In this document: positions 1 to 11,402 of the stretch, one piece after another
Layout: every line of letters begins with the position of its first letter
Position numbering within the stretch: the first letter of the stretch is position 1
DNA from: Catajapyx aquilonaris
Lineage: Eukaryota
DNA length: 43,010 nt
Assembly: GCA_000934665.2 (NCBI GenBank)
Contig: JYFJ02003360.1
Span: forward strand, 1-43,010
Direction: 5' to 3'
Position numbers and translations under genes: made by a program
Notes under the pieces: generated by a model
What the model saw: the letters and a program-made list of their open reading frames with translations, nothing else
The model's database searches: none
Told to the model about the DNA's origin: nothing

Positions 1-513
1 GAAGAGCATCGATTGGGTGCTGGCAAGAAGCCCTGGGGTAGGGTGAGGAAGAAGACGAGAACTGTCTGAATCCTGAGGGAATGGGATTTGTTCCTTTGGA
101 GTGGGTTCCGCCTCCCCTTTCTACCCTTCATGCCCTCCCTTAAAGATAGGGATATCCGCACAGGGTGGTTCACTATCCACGTCCACAGTTCATGAAAGGA
201 GCAACCCAACAACCGGTTTACGAAGAAACCATTTTGGCAGGAATAATCATAAATTTTGTCGTGATTGTTGTAATGGCGATGGGAGAGATTGGCTAATTTG
301 TGGTTGCTATAACGAATCAGCACTATACGTTCAGTAATTATTCGTAATAAAAGAATGCAAAAATTTGCTGACAAAATTATCAGTATAGGGACTACAAATT
401 CTGCTGATTTCCTAGGCTAAACTTCATTTGATAACGTTACTAGGAATTTATCAACTAAAACGATTAATGAGAAATTAGTGTTTGCACGTGCCAAAAATTA
501 GCAGGAAATAATT

Positions 514-774
514 GAGTGGTCTGAGATTTAAAAAAAAAACCAGCCAAGTCCACTTTCGGGGGTCTAACACAAATACGTGCAGCAATTATGTATTGTATAA
601 TGTATTTTGGTATTAATTGCACATCTGCGTTTGTAGCTGAGCTGCGGAAACATATGTACGTGAAAAGTTTCAAGACTGTACCAGTGAAAGGTAAGTAGGC
701 TATTCATCAGTTTTTGCTCATTTTATGACCAGTTTTTCCGATCGGACCTGCCTGATTTTGATCTCAAACCCCTC
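514..774. mobile_element. Degenerate non-autonomous TIR element, family K copy 1
   Basis: Aligns along its length with 1590-1941 (e.g. GTCTAACACAAATACGTGCAGCAATTATG vs GTCTAACACACAAATACGTACAGCAATTATG; TTGCTCATTTTATGACCAGTTTTTCC vs TTGCTCATTTTACGACCAGTTTTTCC). Its left-end CAGCCAAGTCCACTT is the reverse complement of the other copy's right-end AAGTGGACTTGGCTG. Boundaries approximate. Confidence 0.7.
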
Positions 775-1067
775 TAACCTTAGAATGACAACGTTTCCAC
801 GAATTAAGAGCTATGTTGATGCTAAAATTGGCATTTAAAATATAAGATTTGAAATTAGCAATTTTTCTTCACAGTGCTGAGATCGTTTCCTTCTTTTAAA
901 TTGGTTGCTGGAATTTATGATCCAAAGCTTCTTCGCCTATTATTATCTTTCTCGTGCACTGCAGACTTGGTGAGTGCTCCACCCTGTACATCCTGTCTGG
1001 AGGGCCATTCCTCCCAGGTGAAGATAAGGCTCCCTCTTAAAGATTTTGGCGAAAATTATACCGCAGC

Positions 1068-1088
1068 CATCATCATCATCATCATCAT
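1068..1088. repeat. (CAT)7 microsatellite
   Basis: Seven direct CAT units. Confidence 0.9.
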
Positions 1089-1589
1089 TGCAAGCGACAC
1101 TTATCGGCGGGTTGGGGTGTTTTGTCCCAACCGTTTATTTTATTTACGGCTCACATATCCGTCCTTCCAACTTTTGTGTCGTGGATACAAGTGAGTGGGG
1201 AGGGTTGGTATATATAGTAGTGTGTCGGGGGTCCGGATTGGGTCGAGCCAAAGTATCTATAGCTGGAACCAAATCCTTCCAAACAGTCCGAGTCTAAATC
1301 CGCCTCAAATGGAGCCACTCCCTTCTCCCCAACGGATATTTTCCACGATTAGACCTAAAAGAGAGAGATCCTAGAGAGAGAAGAGTGGGAGATATAAAGT
1401 CTCTCTCTCCTGTTGTCTTTTTTTTATGGCCCCTCTCTTGCTCAGTTCATGTCACTCGGAATAACTTTCTTTTTGGTGTTATTGCTCAGAGGTTTGCTCG
1501 ATAGTATATATCGCTGTGAGAACTGCGAGGAATGATGCATTCTCGAACAAATCGACCCATATTATAATATATTTTAAAAAAAACAACGA

Positions 1590-1941
1590 TGGGTATGAGA
1601 TAAAAAAATTGCCGTCTACTTTTGGGGTGTCTAACACACAAATACGTACAGCAATTATGCATTTTAATGTCATTGCGTATGTAGCTGAAATGAGGCAACA
1701 TATGGAAGTAAAAAGTGTGAAGATTGCTGTACAGTAACGGACATTAATCGAGGCATATTGCTAGCGACATTTTCCGAAGCGGCAGAAGAAGGAATCGAAG
1801 ATAAGGATACTGGCAAGCCGGGCCAGCAAGATGTCGCTAGAAGTATGCCTCGATTAATGTCCAACACTGTAGGAGTGACAGTTCTTGCTCATTTTACGAC
1901 CAGTTTTTCCAAGTGGACTTGGCTGTTTTTGACTCCTCAAA
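1590..1941. mobile_element. Degenerate non-autonomous TIR element, family K copy 2, interrupted by a MITE
   Basis: Homologous to 514-774 in the same orientation once 1732-1869 is removed. Confidence 0.7.
1732..1869. mobile_element. TA-flanked MITE, family B (short form, 138 bp)
   Basis: TA on both sides. About 39-bp TIRs: CAGTAACGGACATTAATCGAGGCATATTGCTAGCGACAT and ATGTCGCTAGAAGTATGCCTCGATTAATGTCCAACACTG. Same family as 27824-28106. Confidence 0.9.
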
Positions 1942-3642
1942 TAGTTTAAAAAAAAAAATGTGAAATCGTGTGCCATCACCAATAAAAGCTTAAGTAAGGG
2001 GGAATTTTCCTTTCAATCCAGCGAATAGTTTGTAAAAGGGCAGGCTTCACTGCACCTCATGGTCTCCTGAAATGTTAAGCAACAAGGCACTTGCTCCAAG
2101 ACTGTAATTATGCCATGCAGCCCCTCCCAGAATGTGCTGTTCCAACAGTGGAGTCTGCCTCACCTTTCCGTTTCATGCACATTTCACCTGAGATTAGTAA
2201 TTTACAACTTTCTGTGGGTAACAACTACTTATGTATTGCCTGCGGAACACAGTTCTTGTCCAAGTGTCGGCAAGTCTGATGCTAATTGTGCAGTACATGC
2301 ACCAGGAACTTACCGTATACCAAAAAGGATACGCCCTGTAACTTTGAGGCTGGCAGCAGCAGGAGCCAGAGGAAACGAGGCTCTTTCTCTGCGGGACATA
2401 ACTTATTCATTTAGGTAACCTACTTTGAACTGAGCGAGGAAGTAAATAAGCAAAAGGCGATGGGGGGATATGGTTTTGGGAACTATAGTGGATTAATAAT
2501 TGGAAAGCGAGTTTATCAGGGCAAGCCAGGAAATGGAGAGCGGCCTTATTTTCAGCATCCGTATCGATTTGCCAAAGTTAGTCCGGACCGACCGTAAATA
2601 GACTATATCAATTTGGATAGATCATTTCGGGGAATGCCCTTCTGATAAAGAAGACGTTAATTTCCTATTTCGAAAATGGGAGGCAAAAGGAGGAGGGGGT
2701 TGATTTCCCCTCCAAATGAAAGTGCTCAATATCAGATGGTGTCATCAATGGTACTGAATTTCCTATGGAATATTGTGTTTTTGGAAAATTTTGTGTGTAT
2801 TAAAATGAAGGTATTGATTTTCATTTTCGGGGAGACGCTGCTGTTTTTTTTCCCCCACTATATAGTCTATATATCGGGCTGGGTTCATGTCAGTGCCAAA
2901 TAATATTGACTGAATCGGTTTCAAGTTGTGGGGATCTGTTTTTGTTCCGCGGGTGTTGTATGTTTCACAATGCTTGTTTGGGGGTAAAAGCGGTCTGAAT
3001 TGCAGATAATGCAATTGTGGGCGGGTTACAACACTTTTTTATTCGCGTTCCTATTGAGAAAATTATATGATTCAAGCGGCCGCAATTATACGACGGTTGC
3101 TGTGTTGGAAAACGGATCGTTTGATTTTTATGAATGGCCCTTTTGCCTGCGGTCGTAACATTAGGAATTTGGCGTCATCAAAACAGGGCGTTAAACGATG
3201 TTGTGAAAACTATACCATCAGTCTCTTTTTAAACACCGAATTGTTGAGTGAACAAATTCAGGTGCAATTGCTGTACATTGCTATACAGGTACATCAGTAA
3301 CAGCTCACAGAACCGTGATTTTTTGACATTAAGAAAAACGATTAAAAGCATTTCTGTCAGAATTTAATATTTGTCCAGCAGATTTAGCAAATATTTATGG
3401 GAAAACTGAGTTTAATAAGGCGAATAAATAATTACATTATAGTCACTTCTGTGCAGTGTAAGATTTTGTTCATCGAGAATCCATTTTGCTAAGTACTGTA
3501 ATTAATTAACGAGGTAGATGAGAATACGTAAACGTATACATGAGAGCAGTGATAGATTAATAAATAACAAGGAAACTAAATATTATAATTGAGTACATAA
3601 ATTAAGAACTGAATCAAGATTTATAGTGAAGTACTGTACGTA

Positions 3643-3884
3643 CAGTCCTTCCGGAAAGTTTAGGATCACCCCATCCAAAAAAAAACAATCGGAAAAAACT
3701 ACATTTTCAACTAGAAATATTAATAAATGAAGGTGACCGTCACGAATTGACACGTGATTATTTTTTATTATGATCAGTAATAAACGCCGAACTAATAAAA
3801 AAAAATCCAAAAAATTAGTAAAAAAAATTGTAACCGAGTGAGAATTTTTCTTGCCTATGATGGGAGGGTTATGGGGAAGGACTG
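3643..3884. mobile_element. Putative Tc1-like non-autonomous element
   Basis: TA-CAGTCCTTCC ... GGAAGGACTG-TA, i.e. a perfect 10-bp TIR with TA duplication and an AT-rich interior. Single copy in the window. Confidence 0.55.
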
Positions 3885-4541
3885 TATATGAAATGAGTTG
3901 GTATAAAATATCGACAAAATAAGTGCAAAGCAATGAAAATAAATTTAAAAATAATGAAGACCGCTGGAATTATGGCGACAAACATTTTTTTTTGCAATTG
4001 CCTTTATTTGAATTTATTTTTGAGCTCTTACGTAAATAATAATTTGAACGATGGCGTTCAGTTTGAACCGGTATTTAATTTTCTCTTAGTGCTAGGAGCA
4101 ACTTGAAATAATCCAGTTGAACATTTTGCAACAAAACACGAGCGATTTCTAAAGATTTGAAGCAGCGAGCATTCATAACAGTTCGCAAGATCCGCGACAA
4201 AATGAAATTTCGCCGATGTCAAGGGCTTTATCTCCAAATAAAAAGGACGCGATCCTGTAAAATCTGATTGCCCGAGGAAAAGCGCTCGAGAATAAATGCA
4301 TCTCCAGTGTGGGGGAAAAAAAGTGCGACACTCTCGCAGAAATTTTTGTCGCGATTTTTTTTTGGGGAGAGGGAAATTCTGTGCCTCAAAAGGGGATATT
4401 CTTGTGAAGAGTTTCCAGTGAAGCTTGCAAAGTTAAAATCGTCTAAGATCTGATTCTGAGTTTGCTGAGAAGGGACCAGCGCCTGGAGCAATTAGAGAGG
4501 TCTCATCTGCAATTTGCGAATGAAAGGCGCCGCGATGTATA

Positions 4542-4590
4542 CAGGGTGGTGTATTGCAACAGTAACACTCGTATAAACTGGCTCACCCTG
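4542..4590. mobile_element. 49-bp minimal CAGGGTG-ended element
   Basis: TA-CAGGGTG ... CACCCTG-TA, the same 7-bp termini as the MITEs at 7524, 38729 and 38832. Confidence 0.55.
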
Positions 4591-7523
4591 TACATTCCTA
4601 AGTTGTAGATTTCTTCCTTCTGCGCTCCAACTTTCCTTTTTCTTTCCTTCGTCTTTCCAGAGTCCTGAAGTACAGCCCTGGGAATCTGGGACCAATTAGG
4701 AGTATTGGTGCGAGCTTTTCTGTTTTTCGCGTGTCTCGAAGGAATTTTGCCAGAAAATGGCTTCCAGGTTCCAGCCTTTTCGTGCGTGGGATTCATCAGC
4801 ATGTGCGCCTCTTAAGTGCGTCTCATGTCTGATTGCCTTCCTTTAATGCTCGCTTTATGAGTTTTTGCGGCTATGCTGATATTTCCCTGCAAGATGGCTC
4901 CTTATACTCAAATGCCATGCAATGATACGGTCCATGTAAGAGGCATTTCGAAGTATAAGGCCCCGGACGCGCGGGGAGGCCTTAGTAAAAGTTCAGCGTG
5001 TCATTTTTATTGCAAAAAATGGCGAGCTGCTGGTTATTTATGGTCTACCGGAGGCATATTTTAAATTTTGCGTCACTCTGCATTGATCGGGTTGCCACTT
5101 TTTTTTAAAGGCAATCGGGTGTAGGAAAAGTCGAGGCCAAAAATGATGAGTCAGTTTGTTCATCAATAAATTATGATGAAAGGCATACGAGTATGTGCCA
5201 CGTATATACAAAAACTAATATTGGACTGGTGTGACATGCCACGTATATAAATTAGAATCTACTGCAGATAAAAATTATGTAACACACTGTACTTTTAATG
5301 AAGATTAAAATTATAACAATGTCAACGTAATGCTCGGCGAAAGAAGCAAGCTTAGTGAAGCTTTTGAGCCACTTATATTTTAAATATTATTTGACGAAGA
5401 GCTTTTTCGTATACGACGCATGCTTCATCAGTAAGCTCATGTCTATATGAATGTGTTACGATGTAATTAAAGGCAGTAATATATAACAACAACTGCAATG
5501 TTATGATCACATAAATATTGGTACGAGCTTTTCCTTCTGGAGTTTTTGCCAACAGTTTGCTTTGCTAGCCTTTTTTATGGATTATAATGGTTACTAGTTG
5601 TTAATATCAGTAGACCTACTGCTATATATAGTCTCAGCAGGATAAAATAATACCAAAGTCTATCGCAAGGGATTCACAAAAAATTGCTGAAATTGAACCT
5701 AAAGCTGGTAGGTTCTAAAAATAATGCGAGGCCGTGACGGCATCAGTTTATTACCGCGCACCTTACTAGTCCCGTACCGTACAAAAAAAAAAAAAATGCT
5801 TCGAAATTACCTGAACTTTTCTGTCTTCCACCTCGGCGCCAGTCCTTTTGATGCCAAGCCGAAGGATCGATTTTCAACTATAAAAAAAGTAATCAGCATG
5901 AGATTCCGCCCGAGCCTTTTACCAGAAGCAGAAGGGGCTTTTCATTTGTGAAAGATTTTGTGCCTTTACTAATTTTCATGCCATCGCAAAAAAAAAGGTG
6001 AAGGCAAGGAAGACCTGCAAACGTTAATTCAGAACCAGCAGGACTGTATCAGAGCACATCGCGGTGCACTATCGAAATCACACAATTTCTCCAGAAGCGA
6101 GTTTTTTTATCTGCTCAATTTTCCCCATAGTTACAGTAACAATGATCACTAGTGCTTTCCACTGGTTGCTAAAAGTGAACAGCTGCTTTTCTCTCTCTAA
6201 CCTCATCTTGAACCGAGAAGTGCGCCCCAGGACACAGAGACAGATACTGTGTATGCCTTGAGGCCAATATTACTCTNTATCCACCCCCCATGTTTGATAG
6301 CCCCTGAGCCATGGCAGCGGAGAAACAGCACTAAAAGCGAAATATACAGGCTGAGAGATAAGGTTTCTGCCTCCTTACGACTCTGCTGCCCTGGGTCTCC
6401 TTTTTCCTCGTGATAAAAGCAAGACTATACCCAACCCCCTCCACTTAGTGCCTTTTACTTTCTCCAACCCCCCCATTTTCCACCCCTTCTACTACTCACC
6501 CTCTTTTTATATATATAGTATATTTTTTTCCGAAAGCAGTGTCTGGGGTTATTCACTGATTGCGCGAAGAAGTTGAGATGTCCCATTCTCGCCTTTTCTC
6601 AACCCAGCTTATTCCTCAAACTGCACCTGGCAATTTAATAAAGTGCGTGTAATAAAATAAAAGCAGGGGGAAGCGGCAAGGAGGAATTAACAAGATCCTC
6701 TCTCAGAGTTTGCTGCAAGCCTTCTTTTTTATGGAGCACTAAAGAGGATTTGCTGTTGGGGAATTCCCGCGAGGAAACACACACACTTTTGTAAAAAGCT
6801 ATGGGTGGATAGAATGGGGTTCATTGAAACAGTAATGAGCGGGTATGGGTAATTAAAATTTGGGCAACTGTGGCTATGTTCAGAGATTTCAGCATTAGGC
6901 GTACATGCTCGTTGGATCCAAATGCTTGAGACAACACTGTTGCATAGTGTCATTGCCCACTTCTTGACATGACAGTGAGCTAACAGTATACAGTGTCACA
7001 ACAGCCTGAAGAGCCTGAGGGATATGGTTGTCATCCGTAGGGAGATATACCCTGGATGAGTGTTTGATCCCTCAGTGCTGCTCATTTGTTTGCTTATTAG
7101 CTTGTGATGTTGGTTCAGCTATGCATGTGTTGTGTTGTCCAAAACCACAGCGAGAAGCACACGCGACCGCTTTTCATAAACTGGGTACCTAATTGTATTT
7201 GTGTACCGCCGAGCGTTCACGGGTTTTCGCATGGCCAAAGCTCCCCCCCCCCCNTTGCTTTTTGTATCAGTGCTCCGATTAGCCACCGATACACACACGC
7301 CCTGCTAAATAGCGCACCCGAGGCTCTTAATTGAGAAATGAACTCGCTGTTAGTCCAGCACTTTTATTTCGCAACAATTGCAAGGCACGCGACTTTTGGC
7401 GGCAGTCTGTGCAGCAATTAGCGTTACAATATCTGTCTATAAGCTTAGAATTGACTATATGCGTGACTTTGTCCCTACACGCTGTTGATTCATCACCTAG
7501 GTGCATGTACTGTAGTTACTGTA

Positions 7524-7859
7524 CAGGGTGTCTAAACTTTTTTCCGAACAGTTATCGGAAAATTGCGCGTAGCTGCTACTTTTTAAGCAGTGACTTGCAA
7601 ACGGTGATTTTTCGGAGGAACGGGGAATATTCCCTGCGAATCGTAGGTTGACGTGGCATACGTGCTGCCCGCTGAAAATTGAGGGTCAAGCCTGGAAAAA
7701 AGAGGGTTACACATGCCATGGGATGTGTGACCCTCTTTTTCCCCATTCCGCATTCCCCATTCCTCCGACAAATCACCGGTTACAAGTCACTGCTTACAAA
7801 GTAGCAGCTATGCGCAATTTTCCGATAACTGTTAGGACAAAAAAAGATGAGACACCCTG
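7524..7859. mobile_element. Tc1/mariner-type MITE, family A copy 1 (336 bp)
   Basis: TA on both sides. About 105-bp TIRs beginning CAGGGTGTCT and ending AGACACCCTG, plus an internal hairpin at 7696-7740. Second copy in opposite orientation at 38832-39132. Confidence 0.95.
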
Positions 7860-7977
7860 TATAGTTATCATTTCGTTCCCCGTTCAATAATGGCAGGAAA
7901 CAACAGGTTTACTCTCTACGTATAGTGGTCAGAGGTTGGGACACACTTCAACGGAGGCGAGAGACGTGCTGGTGGGC

Positions 7978-8120
7978 TTTGTCTGCGCGGTGACTCATCA
8001 CCAACGTGCATGTAGTCCTACTTGTCCCGAGAGCGGCAGTAGTGTGCAGAGAGGGAGCATAAGCGCCAACTGGTAGTGGCTTATCATACTACATTGAAGT
8101 GGGCAGGGTTGCCACATTTT
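7978..8120 (+). repeat. Dispersed repeat family C, single-arm subtype
   Basis: CGGTGACTCATCACC.ACGTGCATGTAGT...GAGAGCGGCAGTAGTGTG.AGAGAGGGA...GCGCCA...GCAG.GTTGCCA is shared with 13849-13975 and, reversed, with 35951-36118. Confidence 0.85.
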
Positions 8121-8140
8121 CACTACCAGTTTGGCATGAA

Positions 8141-8200
8141 AGGCCTCACCGGGATTGGAACTCGGGACCTTCCAAATTGTCAGCCAAACTGTGTCATCGC
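8141..8200 (-). mobile_element. Possible decayed tRNA-derived SINE head
   Basis: Minus strand reads GGAAGGTCCCGAGTTCCAATCCCGGTGAGGCC, resembling a tRNA T-arm/B-box (GGTTCGAATCCC). No complete cloverleaf or clear A-box. Confidence 0.35.
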
Positions 8201-11200
8201 CATGGATAATTGAAATGATTCACATGATGGGCGGTACATCGTGCGCACTTGACATAATGCAAGAGATAGGGCAGCAGATACAGCGGGTTCCATCCGGAAG
8301 TGATTCGTGTCATGCCGTAATGCCGGGAGTTGCAGGCAGCCCTGTCAGACTGCGGACGTAACAATATTAGCTTCCTAATTAAACCTCGCTGCATGTGTCC
8401 AATGTTTTCCCTTTCAAACCGCCCCCCTCCCTGCAAGACTCATTTCAAAGTGTCGGAACAACATGGAGAGAGAGAGAAGAGATATTTTATCGTGTGTCAT
8501 GCCCAGTTTTATTGAAGTACAGAAGGGAAATAATAATAAAAAAGCGTGTATATGCATTACAGGCTCGGGTTTTTAGTCGTCAGTCCATTAGTGCTTGAAA
8601 GCATTTCAGCGTCGACTTTAGTGATGAATCGTGGTAGTTGCACTGTACGGATGATACACTGCAATATAACCTAAGTGGAGTAGGAGTATAGCAGAGATTT
8701 TTGTGCGCATCCAATTTGTTATTTTTACTGAAAAAGATTATCAACAGCGAAAGTCACTTCACTGCCGCGAAAAAATACTGATGGTGAGAAAGAGTGAACA
8801 TTGCAATATGGACGTGGATCTGGAAATTCTGCACTCATGATGGGTTTTATCAAAATATCTTAAGACAACAAAACTAAACTCAGAATTAATATTAGCTTTA
8901 CAAAGTATATATGGTCACATATACGATATACCGGTACTACATTAGTATATGGACTGAGTATGGCCACTCCTGATGGCGATTAATATCTCAAGTGAAGAGA
9001 GATGTCCTCATACGCTAAGAGCGAAGATTATTATGACTGGCATCACATAATATATGGGCATACTTTCCAAGTATTTTTTTGGCAGGAAGATCCTCCTTCT
9101 TAAAAGACATTCCGCCCTCATAATGGACCGTTACGAGCCGATGGGAGTTTTACGACCGGTTTATGGAACCTTTCTAACAGGCGGTCAAGAATATTCAAAT
9201 GTGAAAGTTTATGAAAATTACAAATCATTGTACTAAATTTATACAAGGGATTCATTTGCCACATAAAATGTAGACAAATACTTTCGTCTGTACTTAACCC
9301 ACAGTACACAATGTATATTACATTAATACATAATTATTATGATTTCAAAATTTTATGGTAGGACATTTTTCCTGTTGGACAATTTCAGGTTATTTAGAAA
9401 TTATTTTAAATAATTACATAAAATAGAGGGAAACGCTTATTCCGATTAAATATTTATCAGGCACGTGACATCCGCTGACACATCACGGTAATGAGACTTT
9501 TGAATTTCCTTCGGGATGGCTCCCCCATGAAACACTTTTGTTGTCATGCGTCTGCTATACTTGCTGACGTATTTTTAGAGCAGCTCTTGCGCGCCAGGAC
9601 TGCCTACATAATGTATGAAACATGGTGGTATCCAACTTTATTTTTATTTCTCTTGTCTGACGAAGTACAGTTCCAGCCAGCCTGATTTAAAATTCCGTGG
9701 CAAAATATTAATATTTGACCAAAAATAAACATGTGAGGGACACAGCTTCCTACATCCACTTTCCTCACGCTGCCCACAGGAATAGACTCAATATTATGGT
9801 GAGCAATTTTATTATATGCGTAGCATTGTGTCCAACATGTAGTTGTTTTTTTTTGGGGGGGGGGGGTATTCAGCGAGTATTGTGACGAAATTATTTCTTG
9901 ATTAGGATCGGACGACTCTGACATAAATGATAACAAAAATATAATACGAGCATAATTAGTGATCGTGAAACTTTTTGCCCTAATGCTTACCGCTAAATTA
10001 ATACGCAGCTCGTAAGTGGCGCATGAAATTATGAGCCGGTTTTGCATATTTGTAGAGTCATGAAAGAAGCCACTGTTTTGCAAAAAAAATTAAAATTAAA
10101 AATAAAATGCGGACAGTATATCATTTCGGCTCGGGCAAGCACATGTCTCCCAGAATGATGTATGAGGACCAGGCTAGTGGAGAGAAGGTGCATTATTGGA
10201 TATATTTTTTTCTGGCCCACCCTCTTGTCCTTTCGTTCCTCTTATTACCACAGGCTATCCTCCTTCTTTCCCCCCCTCTGTTTTTTTAAAACATTGCTGC
10301 AGGATCCTCTCCTTTGATCCCTGTACCTTTCGCGAATCGAATATTGGCAATTGAGATTTGGCGGAGGGCCGGGTTTCGTCCTGATCTAGTTTCTAGGAGG
10401 ACACTCCCAGTTGGGAGGGATCCGGCCTGTATCACTCTCTTGGTAACGAGCATCATCATGGACTAATACAGCAGGGTGAGGCATACACTCTCTAATATAA
10501 CATCATGGGCGGTTTTCGTCTGAATAATTTTTCGCTCGCTATATTATTATTTCTGAAATTTTCATTTTTACATACCGGTAGCAATTTGCATTCGACTGTT
10601 GAGTCTACTCTACCAAGAGTAATTTTCGCTCATTATATTCTGAAAATAATATTCATCCTGAGATCTAATTTCAGCTTACACTTGGTGTTGACTGTTCATG
10701 TACTGTACGGTACAAGTGGACTGCAGTTTTGAATCAAGGTGGCAAAAAGTTGCAGCTTTAACAAGAAATATTTTGTGGACAACACTGCTGTGGCTGTCTC
10801 CATGTTAATTTTTGTCAGTTTCGAGCAATTTCCCATTCCCGATTAAATGCATGAAGCGACTGTTGAATTCTGCGATATGTTGCTGTCAGTAAAGAGTCAC
10901 CCCGTTTTACTGACAGGTTTTTTTCCGACCCAACAACAGCTAGGAATTTCGGAGCGACAGAATAATACAGTGCTCTGGACCGGTATCACACAAATAATTC
11001 CGATTGTATTATTTATGTCCGTTACCATTATCGCGAAACGGGGATGACACGGACACAAATATTTTTTTTCGCATTCAATTCATTCGTCCGCATATATTTT
11101 GCATTGTGAATCCAAAATCGAAAAAAAAACCTGTTGGTTATTCAATAAACTTACGATTGCCTCCAAATTAGCAGCATGTATGATGAAACGAGCCAATTAT

Positions 11201-11325
11201 TTTTCGTTCCGGTCTGGGTACCATGAACACGAAAAACCGCAGTACACAACCTGTTCAATTTGTTGCAGGATTTGTGGCTGTTATGTCCATCGCTGGTCTG
11301 GACTGAACTACAATATACAGACGTA

Positions 11326-11402
11326 AATTGAAGGGCTCGGGAGAAAAACATGTTAACTGCCAGTATGGCAGTTAACATGCTTTTCTCCCGAGCCATTCAA
11401 TT
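11326..11402. repeat. Near-perfect 77-bp palindrome (37-bp arms, 3-nt loop)
   Basis: AATTGAAGGGCTCGGGAGAAAAACATGTTAACTGCCA-GTA-TGGCAGTTAACATGCTTTTCTCCCGAGCCATTCAATT; 2 mismatches. Confidence 0.95.

Noticed and set aside
7576..7890. Similar peptides from ORFs here and at 38836-39137 (also 464-673 vs 1479-1673)
   Set aside because: The similarity comes from non-coding MITE copies; frameshifts between copies, no DDE/D transposase motif.
8141..8200. Functional tRNA gene
   Set aside because: Only a T-arm-like segment; no acceptor stem or D-arm.
9604..10083. 159-aa minus-strand ORF
   Set aside because: Crosses poly-G/poly-T runs (PPPQKK); no domain-like features.
10883..10916. CTGTCAGTAAA/TTTACTGACAG stem followed by T-run, resembling an intrinsic terminator
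   Set aside because: Eukaryotic non-coding context with no upstream gene; an 11-bp stem is unremarkable here.
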